Virus record (IMG/VR): IMGVR_UViG_3300049828_000089
Span: 1-25,363 of that record
Reading direction: 5' to 3' (one strand)
DNA length: 25,363 nucleotides
DNA from: a virus
Lineage: Duplodnaviria; Caudoviricetes
The translations under genes were made by a program, and so were the position numbers. Positions 1-7,771 of the stretch are shown piece after piece (within the stretch, counting starts at the first letter, position 1; the number at the start of each line of letters is the position of its first letter). Under the pieces are notes generated by a model, which did not search any database, had not been told where the DNA came from, and saw nothing but the letters and a program-made list of their open reading frames with translations.

Positions 1-648
1 CAAGAAGAGTTAGACGCTGCGATTGGCAAGCGGCTTGCAAGAGAACAGCGTAAGTGGGAAAGAGAACAAGCTCGGCGACAGCAGGAAACTGCACCGCCCG
101 CGCCAGCTCCTTCGTTAGAGCAATTTGAGTCGGTTGATCAGTACGCGGAAGCGTTAGCTGTCCAAAAGGCAAAAGAATTGCTTGCTAAGCAAGAGGCTGA
201 GCGCGCACGCATGGAAACGCTTGAGGCTTACCACGACCGTGAAGAAGAGGCCAGAGGCAAGTACGAGGACTTTGAACAAGTCGCGTACAACCCGAACCTG
301 CCGATCACGACCGTGATGGCTGAGACAATCCAAGCGTCGGATGTTGGGCCAGACTTAGCGTATTACCTTGGCACCAACCCGAAAGAAGCTGATCGTATTT
401 CTCGTCTGTCGCCGTATATGCAAGCCAAAGAGATTGGCAAGATTGAAGCTAAGTTAAGCGACAATCCGCCGGTCAAGAAAACGACAAGCGCCCCACCGCC
501 GATCGCGCCCATTAGTGGCCGTGGCACTGGAGCACCGGCTTACGATACGACCGACCCACGTTCTATCAAGAACATGTCGACGTCAGAATGGATCGAAGCG
601 GAGCGCCAGCGTCAGATCAAAAAGTGGGAGGCTCAACGTAACCGCTAA
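1..648 (+). CDS. Capsid scaffolding protein (5'-truncated)
   Basis: Frame 1 is open from base 1 (QEELDAAIGKRLAREQRKWE...) to the TAA ending at 648, so the TTG at 178 is not the real start. The protein is charged and helical, with a Pro-rich linker and a C-terminal MSTSEWIEAERQRQ helix. It lies directly before the coat gene. Confidence 0.8.
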   Translation, partial: QEELDAAIGKRLAREQRKWEREQARRQQETAPPAPAPSLEQFESVDQYAEALAVQKAKELLAKQEAERARMETLEAYHDREEEARGKYEDFEQVAYNPNLPITTVMAETIQASDVGPDLAYYLGTNPKEADRISRLSPYMQAKEIGKIEAKLSDNPPVKKTTSAPPPIAPISGRGTGAPAYDTTDPRSIKNMSTSEWIEAERQRQIKKWEAQRNR

Positions 649-665
649 TTTTTTTAAGGACTATC

Positions 666-1868
666 ATGGCAAACTCGATTCTTACTATCGACATGATCAC
701 CCGCAAGGCGCTCGAAATCCTCGAGAACAACTTGGTGATCACTCGTAACGTCAATCGTCAATACGACGATTCTTTCGCCGTTGAAGGCGCTAAAATCGGT
801 TCGACTCTGCGTATTCGTTTACCAGATCGCGCTTTGGTAACTGACGGTGCCGCTCTGCAAGTGCAGGACGACAACGAACAGTTCACCACCCTGACTGTTG
901 CTTCGCAAAAGCACATCGGTGTTAACTTCACCTCCGCCGAACTCACCATGCAGTTGGATGACTTCGCAGAGCGTGTTCTGAAGCCTCGTATTTCGCAGCT
1001 CGCCTCGTCGATCGACGCTGACGTTGCTAACGCATACAAGGGCGTGTTTAACTCGGTTGGTACTCCTGGCACCACCCCATCGACTTCGCTCGTTCTGTTG
1101 CAAGCTCAGCAGAAGCTGAACGAAAACGCTGCTGTGATGGCACCACGCTACGCAACCGTTAACCCAGCTGCTAACGCTGGTCTGGTCGAAGGCATGAAAG
1201 GTCTGTTCAACCCGACCGACACCATCAGCCGCCAGTTCAAGAATGGCATGATGGGCATGGGCGTGTTGGGCTTCGACGAAGTCAACATGTCTCAGTCGAT
1301 CAAGCAGCACACCAACGGCGATTGGGGCACCTCCATCACCGTAACCTCGACCGTTACTACCGAAGGTCAATCGACTCTGCCAATCAGCTTCACTGGCTCG
1401 TCGAAGACTTGGAACGTGGGCGACGTGTTCACCATCGCTGGTGTGTTCGCAGTTAACCCACAAACTCGTGAGTCCACCGGCTCGCTGCAGCAGTTCACCG
1501 TGACTGCCGCTGCAACTGGTAGCTCCACTGCAACCCTGTCGATCAGCCCTGCGCTGTATTCCGCAAGCCAAGCACTGGCCACCGTTACTTCGTTGCCTGC
1601 AGCAAGCGCTGTAGTAACCATGTTGGGTAACGCTACTGGTCAGTACGCTCAGAACTTGGTCTACCACAAGGATGCGATCACTTTCGCAACCGCCGACCTG
1701 TTGATGCCACAAGGCGTGGACATGGCTTCTCGCCAAGTTCACAACGGTATCTCGATGCGTATTGTTCGTCAGTACGACATCAACAACGACCGTCTGCCTT
1801 GCCGTATCGACGTTCTGTACGGCTACAGCACAATCCGTCCGCAAATGGCTTGCCGCCTCTGGGGCTAA
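666..1868 (+). CDS. Major capsid protein, P22 gp5 (coat) family
   Basis: 400 aa. The N-terminus MANSILTIDMITRKALEILENNL...KIGSTLRIRLP and the C-terminus RIDVLYG are typical of P22-coat-like proteins. AAGGA RBS at 656-660 and strongly biased codons. Confidence 0.92.
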   Translation: MANSILTIDMITRKALEILENNLVITRNVNRQYDDSFAVEGAKIGSTLRIRLPDRALVTDGAALQVQDDNEQFTTLTVASQKHIGVNFTSAELTMQLDDFAERVLKPRISQLASSIDADVANAYKGVFNSVGTPGTTPSTSLVLLQAQQKLNENAAVMAPRYATVNPAANAGLVEGMKGLFNPTDTISRQFKNGMMGMGVLGFDEVNMSQSIKQHTNGDWGTSITVTSTVTTEGQSTLPISFTGSSKTWNVGDVFTIAGVFAVNPQTRESTGSLQQFTVTAAATGSSTATLSISPALYSASQALATVTSLPAASAVVTMLGNATGQYAQNLVYHKDAITFATADLLMPQGVDMASRQVHNGISMRIVRQYDINNDRLPCRIDVLYGYSTIRPQMACRLWG

Positions 1869-1873
1869 GCACT

Positions 1874-1895
1874 GGTGGGGGCTTCGGCCCCCATT
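1874..1895 (+). promoter_or_regulatory. GC-rich hairpin with cUUCGg tetraloop, no U-tract (mRNA stabiliser or weak terminator)
   Basis: GGTGGGGGC-TTCG-GCCCCCATT immediately after the coat stop codon. Confidence 0.7.
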
Positions 1896-1922
1896 GACGA
1901 CTCTATTTGAAAGGAAATTATC

Positions 1923-2336
1923 ATGGCACTTCCTAACGGCGCAGGCGGCTATCAGATTGGTGATGGCAACCTTAACGAAACCATTTTTCAAGTTATTCCC
2001 GTTCCTGCTACTGCAACTGCAACCGCAACACTGACTGCAGAGCAGATTCTGAACGGCATTCTGCTGGGTAGCCCCGGCACATCGGCTGCCAGCTACACGC
2101 TGCCAACCGTAGCTGCTCTCGAGGCTGCACTGCCTAACTCCGATAAGCCAGGCGTTTCGTTTGACTTTTCTGTTGTCAACGTCGACGGTTCTAGCTCGGG
2201 CGTTATCACACTGGTGACCAACACCGGCTGGACGCTCGTAGGTTTGATGACTGTTGTTGCGACTGCAGGCACAGCCCAAATCTTCCGCGCTCGTAAGAGC
2301 GGCGTGGGTACTTGGACTCTGTATCGCATCGGCTAA
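1923..2336 (+). CDS. Putative capsid decoration/minor structural protein
   Basis: 137 aa, rich in Ala, Thr and Gly, beta-type. AAGGA RBS, follows the coat gene, similar codon bias. Confidence 0.65.
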   Translation: MALPNGAGGYQIGDGNLNETIFQVIPVPATATATATLTAEQILNGILLGSPGTSAASYTLPTVAALEAALPNSDKPGVSFDFSVVNVDGSSSGVITLVTNTGWTLVGLMTVVATAGTAQIFRARKSGVGTWTLYRIG

Positions 2337-2365
2337 AAACTCTGGGGGCTTCGGCCCCCGTTTTT
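2335..2365 (+). terminator. Intrinsic terminator (cUUCGg hairpin plus T-tract)
   Basis: AAAAAC-TCT-GGGGGC-TTCG-GCCCCC-GTTTTT; the flanking A-tract and T-tract are also complementary. Confidence 0.8.
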
Positions 2366-2377
2366 AAAGGATTTATC

Positions 2378-2737
2378 ATGCCAAACAATAAAGCTGTCGG
2401 CGTGGCGTATTCTGACCCCGCGCTTACTGCGTTTTACCTCAACGCGCCAGTCACCAAGACCGCAAGTTTTACGCTGGGCGATGAGGAAAACTACGTCGTA
2501 TGTAACGGCTCTGCTGCCAACGTCTCCGTGACGCTGCCCAGCGGTTCTGCGTACATCGGACGTACAGTAACCATCAAAAACCTTTCTGGTACATACACAG
2601 TTATTTCTGCGTCGTCTAACGTACGACCAGTGACTTCTGCTACCCTAGGCACCGCAATTCTTGCGGCTACCGCAGGTAAGTGGGCGACTCTGGTTTGCGA
2701 AGACGGCACAAACTGGACTGTAATGGCCGCTGGTTAA
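2378..2737 (+). CDS. Putative virion structural protein (decoration/head-fibre-like)
   Basis: ATG at 2378 follows an AAGGA RBS and is preferred over the TTG at 2312. 119 aa, with the pattern VTKTASFTL...VTLPSGSAYIGRTVTIKN...DGTNWTV that is common in phage beta-rich virion domains. Confidence 0.65.
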   Translation: MPNNKAVGVAYSDPALTAFYLNAPVTKTASFTLGDEENYVVCNGSAANVSVTLPSGSAYIGRTVTIKNLSGTYTVISASSNVRPVTSATLGTAILAATAGKWATLVCEDGTNWTVMAAG

Positions 2738-2743
2738 TTAACC

Positions 2744-2761
2744 ACGGGGCTTCGGCCCCGT
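2744..2761 (+). promoter_or_regulatory. Third cUUCGg hairpin
   Basis: ACGGGGC-TTCG-GCCCCGT, a perfect 7-bp stem ending 7 nt before the next ATG, with no U-tract. Confidence 0.7.
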
Positions 2762-2768
2762 CTACTAC

Positions 2769-2972
2769 ATGCCTATTATCTATCTACAGCACCCTGCTCA
2801 CGGCTTCAAAATCGCCAACATGGAAATGGAGGCTGAATTTGATGAACAAAACGGCTGGGAACGCTATAATCCCGACACGCCTTCGGCTCCCGAAGTAGCG
2901 GCGCCAGCTAACGCGCTGGATGTCAAACGTCGTCGTAGCCGCCCGCCTGTAGAGGTAGCAGCGGCAGAATAA
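2769..2972 (+). CDS. Hypothetical protein (67 aa)
   Basis: Fills the gap in the late operon; basic C-terminal KRRRSRPP. Confidence 0.7.
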   Translation: MPIIYLQHPAHGFKIANMEMEAEFDEQNGWERYNPDTPSAPEVAAPANALDVKRRRSRPPVEVAAAE

Positions 2973-2981
2973 GGAGCTTGA

Positions 2982-3692
2982 ATGGCAACCGCCTTTGACC
3001 AGATTAAGGCAGCGCTTCGGCTGATTGGCCAACTGGCTGAAGGTGAAGAGCCATCACCGCAGGCTGCTCAAGATGCGCTAAACGCCATGAATCAGATGAT
3101 TGATTCGTGGAATACCGAGCGTTTGGCCGTGTTTTGCACCGAAGATCAGGTGTTTAACTGGCCGCCGGATCTAATTACCCAAACCCTTGGCCCGACCGGC
3201 GACTTTGTCGGCAATCGTCCTATTCTGATTGACGATGCGACGTACTTCCGTGATCCGCAGACTAATGTGTCTTACGGCATCAAGCTGATCAACCAACAGC
3301 AGTACGACGGCATCGCGGTCAAGACGGTCACCAGCACCTACCCGCAGGTCATGTTTGTGAACAACACGTTCCCAGACATTACTATGACGATCTACCCCAA
3401 GCCAACGCGCTTGCTGGAGTGGCATTTCGTCTCGGTGCAGCAGCTAACCAAACCGGCAACGCTCAACACCGTGTTGTCGTTCCCGCCGGGTTACCTGCGT
3501 GCGTTTAAGTACAACCTAGCGATGGAAATCGCCAACGAGTTTGGCGTCGAACCCATGCCGCAGGTTACTCGGATTGCGATGACGTCTAAGCGCAACTTGA
3601 AGCGTATCAACAACCCAGACGACGTGATGTCGATGCCTTACTCGCTGGTTGCTACTCGCCAGCGGTTTAACATCTACGCGGGTAACTACTAA
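2982..3692 (+). CDS. Head-to-tail adaptor, P22 gp4-like
   Basis: N-terminal IKAALRLIG...DALNAMNQMIDSW and C-terminal YNLAMEIANEFG match gp4-like adaptors. AAGGAG RBS; precedes the gp10-like gene. Confidence 0.8.
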   Translation: MATAFDQIKAALRLIGQLAEGEEPSPQAAQDALNAMNQMIDSWNTERLAVFCTEDQVFNWPPDLITQTLGPTGDFVGNRPILIDDATYFRDPQTNVSYGIKLINQQQYDGIAVKTVTSTYPQVMFVNNTFPDITMTIYPKPTRLLEWHFVSVQQLTKPATLNTVLSFPPGYLRAFKYNLAMEIANEFGVEPMPQVTRIAMTSKRNLKRINNPDDVMSMPYSLVATRQRFNIYAGNY

Positions 3693-3695
3693 ACC

Positions 3696-5129
3696 GTGAA
3701 GACGCCGATCCTTGGTCAGTCCTACGTCGCCCGCAGTGTCAACGCTGCGGACGCGCGGATGGTTAACCTGTTTCCCGAGACGGTGCCTGCGCCTGACGGC
3801 AAAGAGCCTGCGTTCTTGAACCGTGCCCCAGGCTTGCGTAAGCTGGGCGTGGTGGGCACTGGCCCCATCCGCGGCTTGTGGTCGTACGGCAATTACATGT
3901 ACGCCGTCTCCGGCACTAAGTTCTACCGTGTTGACAGCAACTGGGCAGCCGTTCCGCTAGGCAATGTCAGCGGCACGGGGCCGGTATCGATGGTCGACAA
4001 CGGCACGCAGCTCTTCATTGCGGCCAATCCCGACGGTTACATCTACGACGCAGCCACTGAACAGTACGCCGAGATCACCGACGTGGACTTTCCCGGCGCG
4101 GTGACTGTTGGCTATTTGGATGGCTATTTTATCTTCCAAGAGCCTAATTCGCAGAAGTTTTGGACGTCTGAGCTGCTGGATGGCACCCAGATTGACCCGC
4201 TGTCGTTTGCAAGTGCTGAAGGTATGCCCGACAACCTAGTGTCGCTGTTTGTCGACCACCGCGAGGTATGGCTGTTCGGCACCCAATCGGTTGAGGTCTG
4301 GTACAACGCAGGCGACACGCCGTTCCCGCTGGCTCGTATCCAAGGTGCGGTCAACGAATTAGGCTGCGCTGCGACCTTCTCGGTCGCCAAGATGGACAAC
4401 TCGCTGTTCTGGCTGGGCGCTGACGCCCGTGGTCAGGGCATTGTGTTCCGTGCTAATGGCTACTCTGGCCAGCGCATTTCGACCCATGCGGTTGAGTACG
4501 CTATCCAAAGTTACGGCACCATTTCTGACGCGATTGCGTTTACCTACCAGCAGGACGGCCATTCGTTCTACGTGCTGACCTTTCCGACCGCCCAAAAAAC
4601 GTGGGTGTTTGACGTGTCCACCGGCGCATGGCATGAGCGTGCTGGCTTTGCCAACGGCGAGTTTATCCGCCACCGTGCTAACTGCCAGACGTTCTTCAAC
4701 AACCAAGTGGTGGTCGGCGACTTCCAGACGGGCAAGATTTACGCGTACGACCTTGACGTGTTTGCTGACGACACGCTGCCGCAGAAATGGCTGCGGTCAT
4801 GGCGGGCGCTGCCGCAAGGGCAGAACAACCTAAAGCGTACCGCCCAGCACGCGCTACAGCTCGACTGCGAGTCGGGCGTTGGGCTGGTCACTGGCCAAGG
4901 GTCTGACCCGCAGGTCATGCTGCGCTGGTCGGATGATGGCGGCCACACCTGGTCAAACGAACATTGGGCTGGTATCGGCAAGATGGGTCAGTATGGCTTC
5001 CGTGCCTTCTGGCGGCGGCTGGGCATGACTAACAAGCTGCGTGACCGCGTCTACGAGGTGTCTGGCACCGACCCCGTCAAGATCGCTATTATGGGTGCCG
5101 AACTCGCTTTGTCCGGCACCAATGCCTAA
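3696..5129 (+). CDS. Tail hub / packaged-DNA stabilisation protein, P22 gp10-like
   Basis: 477 aa, GTG start. Motifs include VSMVDNG, LDGYFIF, FASAEGMPD, WLFGTQSVEVW, WSDDGGHTWS and WRRLG. Confidence 0.9.
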   Translation: MKTPILGQSYVARSVNAADARMVNLFPETVPAPDGKEPAFLNRAPGLRKLGVVGTGPIRGLWSYGNYMYAVSGTKFYRVDSNWAAVPLGNVSGTGPVSMVDNGTQLFIAANPDGYIYDAATEQYAEITDVDFPGAVTVGYLDGYFIFQEPNSQKFWTSELLDGTQIDPLSFASAEGMPDNLVSLFVDHREVWLFGTQSVEVWYNAGDTPFPLARIQGAVNELGCAATFSVAKMDNSLFWLGADARGQGIVFRANGYSGQRISTHAVEYAIQSYGTISDAIAFTYQQDGHSFYVLTFPTAQKTWVFDVSTGAWHERAGFANGEFIRHRANCQTFFNNQVVVGDFQTGKIYAYDLDVFADDTLPQKWLRSWRALPQGQNNLKRTAQHALQLDCESGVGLVTGQGSDPQVMLRWSDDGGHTWSNEHWAGIGKMGQYGFRAFWRRLGMTNKLRDRVYEVSGTDPVKIAIMGAELALSGTNA

Positions 5130-6588
5130 CCCAGATAACGAGCCGCAACTACCCAAAAACCAGTCCGAGATCGTCGACGAGCGGACGGGTTTAGTCTCGC
5201 GTGACTGGTACCGGTTCTTCCTCAACCTGCTTAACAAGGTCAACCAAGGCGGCGGAGGCGGCACCGGCACCGTCACGTCGGTTAATGTGTCGGGCGGCAC
5301 CACGGGGTTAACGACTTCGGGCGGGCCGGTCACTACCTCCGGCACTATTACGCTCGCGGGCACCTTAGATGTCGATAACGGCGGTACAGGCGCCACGACA
5401 GCAGCCAACGCCCGCACGAACTTGAGCGTTCCCAGCACGACGGGGTCAGGTGCGACCGGCACTTGGAATATTGACATTTTAGGCAACTCAGGCACCGTGA
5501 CTAACGGCGTCTACACCACCGGCAGTTACGCCGACCCGACGTGGATAACGTCGATTGCAGGTAGCAAAGTAACGGGCAACATTACCGGCCAAGCAGGTAG
5601 CGTAGCCAACGCCTTGACGGCAGGCACCGGCATCTCGTACAGCGTCGGCTCGACGTACGACGGCTCGGTCGCCGTCACGATCAACAATTCGGCGCCTGAT
5701 CAAGTGGTGTCGCTGACCGGCGGCACGGGCATCAGCACGTCCGGTACGTACCCGAGCTTTACCATCACTAACACCGCGCCAGATCAAGTCGTCTCGCTGA
5801 CGGCTGGCACGGGCATGAGCGTCACCGGCACGTACCCGAGCTTTACGCTGACCAATACTGCGCCTGACCAGGTGGTGTCGTTGACCGGCGCTGGCACGAC
5901 CAGCATCTCAGGCACGTACCCTAACTTCACCATCACGTCGAACGATCAGTATGTCGGTACGGTCACCAGTGTGTCCGGCACCGGCACGGTCAACGGCATT
6001 AGCTTGTCGGGCACGGTGACGTCCAGCGGTAGTCTGACACTCGGTGGCACCCTAACTGGGGTTGACCTAACTACGCAGGTAACCGGCACGCTGCCGATCG
6101 CTAACGGCGGTACCGGCCAGACAACCGCCAGCGCAGCATTTAACGCCTTGTCGCCGGTCACTAGCACAGGCGACTTGATCATCGGCAACGGTGCGAACAG
6201 CTCTACCCGCCTGCCGATTGGTGCCAACAATTACGTGCTGACCTCGAACGGCACGACAGCGGTTTGGGCAGTAGCAACCGGCTCGGGCGCAACGATTACG
6301 AATGACACCAGCACGTCAACGAACGTCTACCCGACCTTCGCTGCAGCCACGTCTGGCTCGCTGTCGACCATCTATACCAGCAACGCCAAATATCTGTACA
6401 AACCTAGCACAGGTGAATTAACATCGGAGCATTTCATAGCAGGCAACGGCATCTATGTTAATAGTTTGACTATAGATGTCAGCTATACAATTGCTTCAGG
6501 TACGTCAGGTATGTCGTCAGGGCCAATTACCGTGGCCAGCGGCATAACGGTGACGGTGGCAAGCGGCTCACGGTGGGTGGTGTTATGA
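5122..6588 (+). CDS. Tail needle-position fibre protein with internal repeats
   Basis: ATG at 5122 overlaps the end of the gp10-like gene. 488 aa, rich in Gly, Thr and Ser. Contains an N-terminal DERTGLVSRDWYRFF segment, two NGGTG fibre motifs, three 28-aa repeats and a C-terminal SGSRWVVL. Confidence 0.75.
   Translation: MPNPDNEPQLPKNQSEIVDERTGLVSRDWYRFFLNLLNKVNQGGGGGTGTVTSVNVSGGTTGLTTSGGPVTTSGTITLAGTLDVDNGGTGATTAANARTNLSVPSTTGSGATGTWNIDILGNSGTVTNGVYTTGSYADPTWITSIAGSKVTGNITGQAGSVANALTAGTGISYSVGSTYDGSVAVTINNSAPDQVVSLTGGTGISTSGTYPSFTITNTAPDQVVSLTAGTGMSVTGTYPSFTLTNTAPDQVVSLTGAGTTSISGTYPNFTITSNDQYVGTVTSVSGTGTVNGISLSGTVTSSGSLTLGGTLTGVDLTTQVTGTLPIANGGTGQTTASAAFNALSPVTSTGDLIIGNGANSSTRLPIGANNYVLTSNGTTAVWAVATGSGATITNDTSTSTNVYPTFAAATSGSLSTIYTSNAKYLYKPSTGELTSEHFIAGNGIYVNSLTIDVSYTIASGTSGMSSGPITVASGITVTVASGSRWVVL
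5692..5943 (+). repeat. Three tandem 84-bp (28-aa) coding repeats
   Basis: APDQVVSLTxxxxxSxxGTYPxFTxTxx units start at 5692, 5776 and 5860. Confidence 0.95.
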
Positions 6589-7100
6589 ACGATCTTGCAA
6601 ATACGGAAGAAAAGGTCAAGTTCCGCGAGGACGTACTGACGGTACAACGCGGCTTGCAGGAGCTTATTGCTTCTGGCGCTGCAGAGTCTACGTTAGAAGA
6701 TTGCAAATTAACGCATTACTTCACCCCTAAAGATGATGTGTACGGGTGCCATGCGTACGCAAGGGAAATGTTTATTCCTAAAGGCACACTGATTATCGGA
6801 AAAATTCACCGGCACCAGCATTTGAATTTTATTAGTAAAGGCAAAGTGCGCGTGTTTACGGAGTTTGGTGAGAAGCAGTTAGAAGGGCCATGCACGTTTG
6901 TATCTGAAGTAGGTCTGAAACGCGCGGTGTACGCAGAGGAAGATACGCTGTGGACTACTGTGCATTTAACCGCTCACGGCGCAGAAGATAAGTTGCCTGA
7001 GATAGAAAACGAAGTTATCGCGCCGACTTATGGCGACATGAATTTAATTGGCAGTATGGAAGAGTTGCTTCAGTTAGAAGCAAAAGGAGAACCGTCATGA
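6585..7100 (+). CDS. Cupin-like (double-stranded beta-helix) protein
   Basis: ATGA overlap with the upstream stop. 171 aa containing HYF...YAREMFIPKGTLIIGKIHRHQHLNFISKGKVRV...GLKRAVYAEEDTLWTTVH. Confidence 0.7.
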   Translation: MNDLANTEEKVKFREDVLTVQRGLQELIASGAAESTLEDCKLTHYFTPKDDVYGCHAYAREMFIPKGTLIIGKIHRHQHLNFISKGKVRVFTEFGEKQLEGPCTFVSEVGLKRAVYAEEDTLWTTVHLTAHGAEDKLPEIENEVIAPTYGDMNLIGSMEELLQLEAKGEPS

Positions 7101-7765
7101 CTTGGGGCTTTGTAGCTGTCGCGGGCAGCACAGCAGTTGGCGCGTATGGTGCAAATAAAGCGGCTAAAGCACAGTTGCAAGGCGCTAGGGAAGGTGCGGC
7201 TGCTGAACGGGAAATGTTTGAGCGTCAAGTTCAGTTGCAAGAGCCGTTTCGGCAAGTTGGTGTTAATGCGTTGCCGGATTTAGTCGCGGCATCTCAGTAC
7301 GACCCGTTTACACTAGCCAAGTTTCAAGCAGATCCAGGCTATGCGTTCCGAATGAAAGAAGGTTTGCGCGCGGTAGAAAATTCAGCCGCCGCGCGGGGTG
7401 GTTTGTTGTCCGGTAACGCTATGCGCGGCATAACGCGTTTTGGCCAAGGGTTAGCCTCGGAAGAGTTTGATAGGGCGTTTAATCGCTATCAAGCAGGTTT
7501 TGCGTCAAAGCTAAACCCGTTGCAGGCTTTAGCGGGCGTAGGCCAAACGTCGTCAAATACATTGAGCAACGCAGCAGGGCAGCTGGGGTCAAGTCTAAGT
7601 AACTTAGCTGTTGGCGCCGGGAACGCCAGAGCGTCCGCGTATGCTGGCACCGCAAATGCGTTGGCAAGCGGCATAGGCCAAGCGTATAGCAACTACCAAG
7701 GCAATTTGGCGGCAAAACAACAGCAACAGAATTTTGATACCTATATGAAGTATCTTCAGGGGTAA
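7097..7765 (+). CDS. DNA ejection/pilot protein, P22 gp7-like
   Basis: 222 aa, rich in Ala, Gly and Gln, with a hydrophobic N-terminus. The DPGYAFRMKEG...SAAARGGLLSGNA motif is typical of gp7-like proteins. Confidence 0.8.
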   Translation: MTWGFVAVAGSTAVGAYGANKAAKAQLQGAREGAAAEREMFERQVQLQEPFRQVGVNALPDLVAASQYDPFTLAKFQADPGYAFRMKEGLRAVENSAAARGGLLSGNAMRGITRFGQGLASEEFDRAFNRYQAGFASKLNPLQALAGVGQTSSNTLSNAAGQLGSSLSNLAVGAGNARASAYAGTANALASGIGQAYSNYQGNLAAKQQQQNFDTYMKYLQG

Positions 7766-7771
7766 ATTTTT

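Noticed and set aside
1866-1925. Stop readthrough fusing the coat protein to the in-frame 1923 gene
   Set aside because: A second in-frame stop (TGA 1908-1910) intervenes, and the 1923 gene has its own RBS.
819-2279. 486-aa ORF antisense to the coat and decoration genes
   Set aside because: It mirrors the sense codon register and is explained by biased codon use on the + strand. It has no recognisable motif or expression signal. The other nested or antisense ORFs in the track are rejected for the same reason.
2297-2378. -1 frameshift fusing 1923..2336 to 2378..2737
   Set aside because: The -1 frame is open across the junction, but no slippery heptamer precedes the stop and the downstream gene has a good RBS.
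5692-5943. CRISPR-like array
   Set aside because: The repeats are in-frame coding units with synonymous variation and no unique spacers.
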